NCBI GenBank assembly: GCA_004524445.1
Contig: SDNP01000020.1
Coordinates: 1 to 57,321 of the forward strand
Origin: Candidatus Thorarchaeota archaeon
GTDB taxonomy: Archaea > Asgardarchaeota > Thorarchaeia > Thorarchaeales > Thorarchaeaceae
Direction: 5' to 3'
Length of the DNA stretch: 57,321 bases
The notes under the pieces are model-generated. The model did not search any database. It had not been told where the DNA came from and saw only the letters and a list, made by a program, of their open reading frames with translations. Made by a program: the position numbers and the translations under genes. Shown here piece by piece: positions 50,899 to 57,321 of the stretch. Numbering within the stretch: position 1 is the stretch's first letter; the number at the start of each line of letters is the position of its first letter.

Positions 50899-51654
50899 TT
50901 AAACGTCAATCTCCATCAAATCATGTCCAAGCATGACCTCTGTATCTGATGTACCTTTAACGATGGATAGAACGCTCTCTGCTACACCCACAACTGATGG
51001 AGATAAGTGAACCAGAGCCACCTTCAATGGTTCAGCATGGGCAACTATTGCGGCTAATTCAGTTGGACTTGTATGAACCCTTTTTTCGTGTTCTCCGTCC
51101 AGCCAGTTGCATTCATGTATCAGCAGGTCCACGCCCTTCGCAAAGTCAGCAATCTCATCACAGGGAGCCGTGTCGCTGGAATAGACTACACTCTTCCCCT
51201 TCCAATCTATGCGATATGCTCGGGAATCCATGTCTCCGTGGCAACTCGGAACGCATCGAACGCTAGCTTCATTGATTTTCACTTGGTCATGTTTACTCAA
51301 CTTGTGGCGCACAATGGGAAATCTCCCTTTCAGATAGGGAAACGCTGTATCGAAAACGCCTTCCCACCATTGATCCATTACCGGAGGGCCATAGATATTC
51401 ACCTGGTCCCTCAAACCAGAGAGCCAAAGCGTCTGGCACAGGGTTACAAAGTCGGAGCAATGATCGATATGAAAATGGCTTAGGAAAACATGTTGTATTT
51501 TGGTCACATCATCAACTACCTGCAAAAGCCTATGCAGAATTCCCGACCCGACATCAAGAAGAATTGGCTTATCTTCGATTTCGACCAGAATTCCTGACTG
51601 AACACGTTCTGGGTCTGGATACGAGGTACCTGTTCCTAGCAGTGTTACCTTCAT
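50899..51654 (-). CDS. Metallo-beta-lactamase fold hydrolase, RNase Z/BN-like
   Basis: LLGTG, SHFHIDH, YSSDT, LIHEC, HTSP, LVH. Confidence 0.88.
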   Translation of the reverse strand: MKVTLLGTGTSYPDPERVQSGILVEIEDKPILLDVGSGILHRLLQVVDDVTKIQHVFLSHFHIDHCSDFVTLCQTLWLSGLRDQVNIYGPPVMDQWWEGVFDTAFPYLKGRFPIVRHKLSKHDQVKINEASVRCVPSCHGDMDSRAYRIDWKGKSVVYSSDTAPCDEIADFAKGVDLLIHECNWLDGEHEKRVHTSPTELAAIVAHAEPLKVALVHLSPSVVGVAESVLSIVKGTSDTEVMLGHDLMEIDV

Positions 51655-51792
51655 TATGATTTACTCTCAATGTACTGGGTTCTTTGCCGCGTTATTATGT
51701 TTCCTGAGTACGAGCAAATGCCTTACCGCAATACTAACCTCGAATACCTTCTTCGACAGATTAAAGGCTCTCTAGTTTCCAACGGGTGATAG

Positions 51793-53034
51793 GTGGATGG
51801 CTCCATGGTCTCAGCAGTTGCAGCAGAGGAAAAAGGCAAAAATGCCGAGAGAAGTGTGTTTCAGCCAAAAAATCAGGGAATCGTTTCTTCATTATGCGAA
51901 CGAATCCAATCCCATCTGCTCGTGCTTGTTCTGATATTTCTGTTCTTGGCAAAAATGCTATTGGTGGGATTCCTCAGTCACATCATCATCCTAGATGAGG
52001 TTGTCTTCACCGGCTCGTATCCTGACACTCCCGACCTCCTATTGGCCCTGGGTTATCAATGGGACTCAAGACACTTTTTGGCAATAGTTGAAAATGGGTA
52101 TCCATCAAATCCAGACGATCCTCTACTCTATGCTTTTGCTCCTCTCTATCCCATGTTAGTATCCATAGTTGGGTGGCTCACAAACGATATTGTGCTATCA
52201 GGTGTGCTTGTTTCGAACATATTCTATTTCGCGTCGATACTCTCGTTCTACAAGGTGGCTCGGTCATATCTCGATTACGAGCGTGCATGTATTGCATCCC
52301 TCTTGTTAGGTCTCTTTCCTACCTATTTGGTCTATGGAACACTAGCCTATTCGGAGGCCCCATTCATATTCTTTGCAACAGCATCTTGGTTCTATTTCAG
52401 GAAATCGTCTTATCATCTCTCTTCAGCCTTTATTACACTAGCAATATTAACACGGTATATTGGAATGGTGATTTTTGGAATCTATTTTATGATTGGATTC
52501 TGGCGGCTGATTTCGCGGGATGCTGCACTAGATTTTGAATTCAATGACATGAAGGTGGCTCTCTGGTTTATTCTACCAGTAGTGTCAACCATCGCTCTAT
52601 TTTCATATTTTCAGTATTTGACCGGCGATTTCTTCATTGCCATGACTGCTCACGGAAGGTTTGATGATTCACTTACTACACCAGTCCACCAATTTTTCTG
52701 GTTTTTCGATGGCTTCTTCGTTGAACGAAATCCCTGGGTAAATCCCTGGGAGCTGGCTCTTCAGCGATATGCCTTTACGTTACCCTTCCTTTGCTTATCA
52801 CTGCTGACTCTGAAAATAGACAAAGAGACCGGCTTCTACAGCACTCTTGTCATGACGTTTGTGTTGAGTCTGTCCGGTATATCTTCTATTGCTAGCCCTA
52901 GAATCATGCTTGCCAGTTGGTTATCGATTCTACCCTTGGCCAAGGAACGCTGGCTCTCCATTTTTCTGGTGCCGTTTTTTCTAACTGTCAGCTTGTGGGT
53001 CATGGTTCAGTTTCAGACCGGATTCTTTGCATAG
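51793..53034 (+). CDS. GT-C mannosyltransferase, PIG-V/PMT-like
   Basis: QWDSRHFLAIVENGY, AFAPLYP, YSEAPF, LTR; polytopic membrane protein. Confidence 0.82.
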   Translation: MDGSMVSAVAAEEKGKNAERSVFQPKNQGIVSSLCERIQSHLLVLVLIFLFLAKMLLVGFLSHIIILDEVVFTGSYPDTPDLLLALGYQWDSRHFLAIVENGYPSNPDDPLLYAFAPLYPMLVSIVGWLTNDIVLSGVLVSNIFYFASILSFYKVARSYLDYERACIASLLLGLFPTYLVYGTLAYSEAPFIFFATASWFYFRKSSYHLSSAFITLAILTRYIGMVIFGIYFMIGFWRLISRDAALDFEFNDMKVALWFILPVVSTIALFSYFQYLTGDFFIAMTAHGRFDDSLTTPVHQFFWFFDGFFVERNPWVNPWELALQRYAFTLPFLCLSLLTLKIDKETGFYSTLVMTFVLSLSGISSIASPRIMLASWLSILPLAKERWLSIFLVPFFLTVSLWVMVQFQTGFFA

Positions 53035-53103
53035 ATTCATTATGGGCAGGATTAAAAGTTACAATTCGTAACGTGGTGGAACTCGCTGAAGATGGAGTGT
53101 AGA

Positions 53104-53334
53104 ATGAACAGAAAGAAACTGACGGCCGTGATGGCGCTTATGTTCTTGGTCTCTATTGGCATTGGCTATTTCGGCAGCCAGACCCCTGCCGCTGAGGAAC
53201 AGGAGCAGGACCTGGAACCCAAGCCGCCCGACAACCGCACGTGAGAAGAATACGAGTATATTGATACGTCCATCAATGATGCTATGGATGTGCAGTATAT
53301 TCGTGGAGGCCATCGAGCCAATCTTTATTCGTAG
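53104..53334 (+). pseudogene. Remnant of a secreted or membrane-anchored protein gene
   Basis: MNRKKLTAVMALMFLVSIGIGYFG signal peptide; TGA at 53242; protein-like reading continues (EEYEYIDTSINDAMD...) to a TAG. Confidence 0.45.
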
Positions 53335-53512
53335 GTTGGATGTGAGGACTCATTGGAGTGGACAATGAAGCTGTTGCGTAAAGCCTAGCAGCAATAGTGG
53401 AGTATCGGGTAGCCCCTGTGACTCAAATGGGTCTCTCCTAGTTTTTTGCATCTAGAGCGTTCGCTAGCCGTCAGAAGTGTTGCGGTCAATGCCATATGAA
53501 AAACAAGAGGAA

Positions 53513-53534
53513 TCTGGGGAACCAAGTCCCCAGA
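53513..53534 (-). terminator. Perfect 8-bp hairpin plus T-rich tract
   Basis: TCTGGGGA-ACCAAG-TCCCCAGA, 11 nt past the stop of 53546-54103. Confidence 0.55.
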
Positions 53535-53545
53535 ACTATCGAAAA

Positions 53546-54103
53546 TTAGTCTTGGTATCCTTTCATGAAACCTTCACGCTGTTTCCACTTATCTTCCAGG
53601 CGTTGCATGATTTGCCACATGCGGTAGGTGTAATTCCAGGCCTCATCGAACTGGCCTTGGTTCATGTCGTCTAGGAATTGCTCAGCCACTTCGTTGATTG
53701 CTCCAATGTCTTCAATGATAGTAGCATCAAACTCATACAGGCGGTCGAGCTCCTTCTCGTCTATCTTCTCCTTGCTGCCCCATGATGCGTAGCCATAGTC
53801 AGCATATCGGATAGACGACTCCATCTTGTCCGCTAGGTTCAGCATACGATCGAAGGTCTCCCACGTCTTGGTCAAATTGTAATCTACAACCATCATCTGC
53901 AGCTTCTCTAAGTCCTGCTTCACAAGCCTCAGCTGGTCCGCTAGAAACTCTCTGAGAACCTTGTCGGCTGAGCGGCGCTCTTCTTTTTCTTGGTAGCCAT
54001 GCCATCCTGGCACGTAATGTGTGATTTTACCGAACAAGCCACCCTTAATGTCCTTAGCAGCTTTCTTCCTGATGCGTTTGGCTATTGGGTCATCTTTTCC
54101 CAC
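53546..54103 (-). CDS. Conserved alpha-helical hypothetical protein
   Basis: VPGWHGYQEKEERRSADKVLR, IRYADYGY, LYEFD. Confidence 0.8.
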   Translation of the reverse strand: MGKDDPIAKRIRKKAAKDIKGGLFGKITHYVPGWHGYQEKEERRSADKVLREFLADQLRLVKQDLEKLQMMVVDYNLTKTWETFDRMLNLADKMESSIRYADYGYASWGSKEKIDEKELDRLYEFDATIIEDIGAINEVAEQFLDDMNQGQFDEAWNYTYRMWQIMQRLEDKWKQREGFMKGYQD

Positions 54104-54232
54104 TTTTGAAATCTCCTAATTGTTGAGTCAACTCTGTTTTATTAACAGCGTTATCTTGCCTCTGCTGTAACTTGAAGCCTTAAAAAACATATTACGAAAC
54201 ACTCCTACCACCGCATCGATGAAATGCCGGTC

Positions 54233-54934
54233 CTATCTATTTGGCATGATATGAATGTGGTCTATATTGCTGGTTTCAGCCTGGTCTATAATCGTCCTGA
54301 ACGCCTTTGCCACATCGGTTGCTGTAAGCATCTTTGATCGGTCGACATCCTTACCATCAAACCAAGGGGTAGATACGCTGCCGGGGTTGATTGTGGCTGC
54401 CTTGACATTGGTCCCCTTGAGTTCTTCGCGCAATGACCACACCATCGCCTGGACTGCATGCTTTGTTGCAGCGTAAAGTGATGCTCGGGCTGAGGTCTCA
54501 AGACCTAGATTTGATGATGTTACAATTATCTGACCGGTATTCCTCTCTTTCATTCCAGGCAATGCCTTTTTGAGATAGAGAAATACGCCTCGGACGTTCG
54601 TATCGAATTGCTTGTCGAATTGCTCTATAGTAAGATCCTCCAGGTTTCCGAAATAGCCAACGCCTGCATTAGCAATGAGCACGGAAACTCTGCCAAACAA
54701 TTTGTCTATTTGGTTGAAATGCTTCTCCACATTAGTTTCGTCAGATACATCCCCGATACCAATGGCTGCTTTTCCACCCAAGTCATCCACTGCAGTCTTG
54801 ACTTCCCTGAGCCGCTCTTCGTTCCGTCCAATGAGGTAAAACGAATGCCCATCAGGTGCCATCTCTATGGCAACCTGTCTTCCAATGCCACTTGATGCAC
54901 CAGTAATCACTATCACTTTCTTGTCATCTGTCAA
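54233..54934 (-). CDS. Short-chain dehydrogenase/reductase
   Basis: TGASSGIG, NAG, YAATK, PGSVST. Confidence 0.93.
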   Translation of the reverse strand: MTDDKKVIVITGASSGIGRQVAIEMAPDGHSFYLIGRNEERLREVKTAVDDLGGKAAIGIGDVSDETNVEKHFNQIDKLFGRVSVLIANAGVGYFGNLEDLTIEQFDKQFDTNVRGVFLYLKKALPGMKERNTGQIIVTSSNLGLETSARASLYAATKHAVQAMVWSLREELKGTNVKAATINPGSVSTPWFDGKDVDRSKMLTATDVAKAFRTIIDQAETSNIDHIHIMPNR

Positions 54935-55107
54935 GCTTTACTCACCGATTAGCTACAAGGGCAAAGGTGTTGAAAAGTGTAGTACTATGTTCAATTCCCC
55001 GGCCATGGCGAACAAGAACACCATCACGCAATTGCAGTCTCATGCGGGGGGTATAATATTTCCCCTTGACGTTCCCGTGAATATCAGGGCGAATCACTAG
55101 TAAAGCG

Positions 55108-55166
55108 AATTAACCAAAAATAGGTTAATTTATAACCCGCCGAGCTATTAACCTGATATAGGTTAA
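55108..55166 (+). promoter_or_regulatory. Two TTAACC-N7-GGTTAA operators flanking a TATA box
   Basis: AATTAACC-AAAAATA-GGTTAATT (55108-55130), TTTATAA (55129-55135), TTAACCT-GATAT-AGGTTAA (55148-55166). Confidence 0.75.
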
Positions 55167-55187
55167 CTCATTGGGGTATTCAACGAG

Positions 55188-55652
55188 ATGTTTCGGAGCT
55201 TAAGATTTCCGACTAAACGACAGACACAGATTTGGATGAAGCGAAGGAGAAGCGTTTCTCCATCTGAGATAGCTAGAAACCTAAAGGTTTCTCGCCCGTA
55301 TATCAGCAAGGCTCAGAGAATAGCAGAGAAGCGAATCACCAAATTATTGCGTAATGCAGCCTCCATCAACAGAATTGATATTGAATCACTGAGTTCCAGA
55401 TTCGGATTTGCTTCGGGATACTGTCATACGCACAACACCAACACCTTCATCACATTCTCGCCAAAGTTCGGAGTTCATGTGTGGTATGATCATATTGGTA
55501 ACTGTGATGAATGCGAACGAAAGAGTGAATGCGATAAGATACTCCGAGGTCTTGCAAAAGAGTGGCAAATCAGTATTTCTGAAGATGAATCCCCTTCAAC
55601 TCTTGCTGGACATCTCTTCTCAGAAATAAGGAGGAAGCTAGGATGGGAATAA
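55188..55652 (+). CDS. HTH transcriptional regulator with Cys cluster
   Basis: SPSEIARNLKVSRPYISK HTH; HxxxCDEC...C. Confidence 0.75.
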   Translation: MFRSLRFPTKRQTQIWMKRRRSVSPSEIARNLKVSRPYISKAQRIAEKRITKLLRNAASINRIDIESLSSRFGFASGYCHTHNTNTFITFSPKFGVHVWYDHIGNCDECERKSECDKILRGLAKEWQISISEDESPSTLAGHLFSEIRRKLGWE

Positions 55653-57321
55653 GAGACTGGTTCAGGAAGCGACGCTTTGCCAATTCCAATGCATGCAGAA
55701 TTCCACCGGATTCTGTTGGATTCGGGGAGCAAATGACAACTCCGCGAAACACAGTATCCAAACCCCTACCTTCGTATTACCCCTTCCTCGATGCTAGAAT
55801 ATGTGGGCTCCTGATTTTGACATTACTTTGCCTTGGAGCAGTTCCTATTTTATCAACAACTTCTCCCATTTATTCAGATATTTCAGAGCTCGAATTGGTT
55901 GGTCAAAACAGATTCATAACCACTTCTCGAGAAGACGCAGATAGTGCCAATGAAATCGTCTTGGTAAACTCCACCCCCTTTACGGCAGAAGCAGACTGGA
56001 ATCCTTATGCATTCTATAGCTCTCCTCAATTATCAACAGCTTTTGATGGATGTCTAGTGCATTTTGCCTCTGCATTTTCGCAGAATCAAATTTCGTTTTC
56101 AAGAACTGAGAACATTTTTTGCAGGGATTATGATGAAGTTCGATTGACTGTCGGGTTAGAAGTATTATCCGGTGCCGTCAATGTCACCTTGGAATATGAT
56201 TTTTGGAATAGGAGATATGGCGACCTTCCAGAAAAAAGGGAAACCCACAGCCTTGTTGCAGGGGATTCAGAAGTACTAACCCTTGATGCACCAATGGCAC
56301 TACTTCGCACGGTTTTTCCCAATCTTATTACCAACACGTGGATCTATATTCGGATTGCATCCGCACAAGAATCGAGTATCTTGCTTACTAATGCCTCTGT
56401 TGTTGCTAGCGCCGCAAGATCATTGAGTGCGATATCAGTTGATTTCCTAAATACTTCAAATGAAAGCCTATATGAAAATGAGATGTTCTCTGAAATCGCC
56501 CAACCACCTGTGGTATTCATCCGGGATCTGAATACAGATGAAAATGGAACCCTTTTTGTAAGAGAGGCAAATCAGACTGTATTCTTGTTACCGGGAGAAT
56601 ACAATTTCACATATGGTTGGTATGAGCGCGAGGCTGGCTTTGAAAAAATACCCATCCGATACCCTCTTTCTATCAATATATCACTTCATCAAAATGAGAA
56701 GGTCTTCTTGCAGCTTAGAATCAGAGCTCTGAAGCTACAGCTTTTGGGCCTGGAAGGGATTATGTTTCGACACGGGGAAATTGGACTTGATTACGATACA
56801 CATCTCTACTTTATTAGAAGAGAAAACCAAGTCTTACCAGCGTTTCTATACATTCCCTATGGTACCGAAAAACTCTCCATCCGTTTATACACCCAAATAA
56901 GAGTCAATGATCCTTTTCTACAAAATTATGGAGATACTCGGATTTACGAATCGGGGACTGGAGATGGGAAACACAACTACATATTTCGCGTGACTTTGCC
57001 ACTTGTATCGTTGTTTGGGTTTAGTTTTGGCATTGGAGAAGCAATTGCGAGCCTGTTTGCTCTTGCGCTATTGGCATGCGTCTTGAAGAAAGCTGGTAGG
57101 AAGTGGCACAAGGAAGACTTGACTACAATTGTCATCAATGAGCGTTTTCTGCCCATCTTGCTGATATGCCTTTCCATATTCGTTCCATGGTATGAGTATC
57201 CCAATTTCTATGGTTTTGATTCATTGGTCAATGAATATGACATTGTTTTCCCGCCACTCTCTATTTTCGTTGAACACACTGAGGGAAGTCTATTCATGAT
57301 TGCACCATTGCCATTTTGGTA
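55643..57321 (+). CDS. Large membrane-anchored surface glycoprotein (3' truncated; absent from the ORF track)
   Basis: Hand-translated frame is open from ATG 55643 (AGGAGG upstream; alternative ATG at 55733) to the window end; hydrophobic leader, NxS/T sequons, TM helices near the end. Confidence 0.75.
   Translation, partial: MGIRDWFRKRRFANSNACRIPPDSVGFGEQMTTPRNTVSKPLPSYYPFLDARICGLLILTLLCLGAVPILSTTSPIYSDISELELVGQNRFITTSREDADSANEIVLVNSTPFTAEADWNPYAFYSSPQLSTAFDGCLVHFASAFSQNQISFSRTENIFCRDYDEVRLTVGLEVLSGAVNVTLEYDFWNRRYGDLPEKRETHSLVAGDSEVLTLDAPMALLRTVFPNLITNTWIYIRIASAQESSILLTNASVVASAARSLSAISVDFLNTSNESLYENEMFSEIAQPPVVFIRDLNTDENGTLFVREANQTVFLLPGEYNFTYGWYEREAGFEKIPIRYPLSINISLHQNEKVFLQLRIRALKLQLLGLEGIMFRHGEIGLDYDTHLYFIRRENQVLPAFLYIPYGTEKLSIRLYTQIRVNDPFLQNYGDTRIYESGTGDGKHNYIFRVTLPLVSLFGFSFGIGEAIASLFALALLACVLKKAGRKWHKEDLTTIVINERFLPILLICLSIFVPWYEYPNFYGFDSLVNEYDIVFPPLSIFVEHTEGSLFMIAPLPFW

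Noticed and set aside
53242-53244. In-frame TGA as selenocysteine
   Set aside because: No Cys/redox motif context, no convincing SECIS, and further TAG stops follow
53035-53545. RNase P or SRP RNA in the largest gap
   Set aside because: No GAGGAAAGUCC-type or SRP helix-8 signature in a suitable structure; the region reads as decayed coding sequence
1-57321. Mobile element, provirus, and the many short antisense ORFs in the track
   Set aside because: No integrase, transposase, capsid or terminal repeats seen; the short ORFs lie inside well-supported genes

Overview
Archaeal chromosomal window, most likely an Asgard archaeon of the Thorarchaeota type. This assignment is inferred from gene content: two roadblock/LC7 genes, gelsolin-domain proteins, a V4R/Bet3-like protein, Cdc48, thermosome, Rpo6 and Topo VI. 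There are about 52 CDS and I saw no rRNA, tRNA, CRISPR array or IS element. Housekeeping genes (top6A/B, cdc48, thermosome, hisS, rpoK, AK6, Ard1, MEMO1, a ThiR-controlled thiamine ABC transporter) alternate with eukaryote-signature-like genes. Best candidates for undescribed biology: (1) a co-oriented run of hsp20, cdc48, degenerate GH38, V4R-like, membrane polyproline protein, divergent gelsolin-like and SNAP-like/Ig/coiled-coil genes; (2) a Topo VI locus with a non-canonical TOPRIM motif, followed by a coiled-coil-wHTH protein and a PD-(D/E)xK nuclease; (3) an orphan NifB-like radical SAM enzyme; (4) a glycyl-radical enzyme operon with a tandem split-barrel partner; (5) an HhH-Rpo6 fusion; (6) several operator palindromes and structured intergenic RNAs. 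All family calls come from motif recognition by eye; no searches were run.
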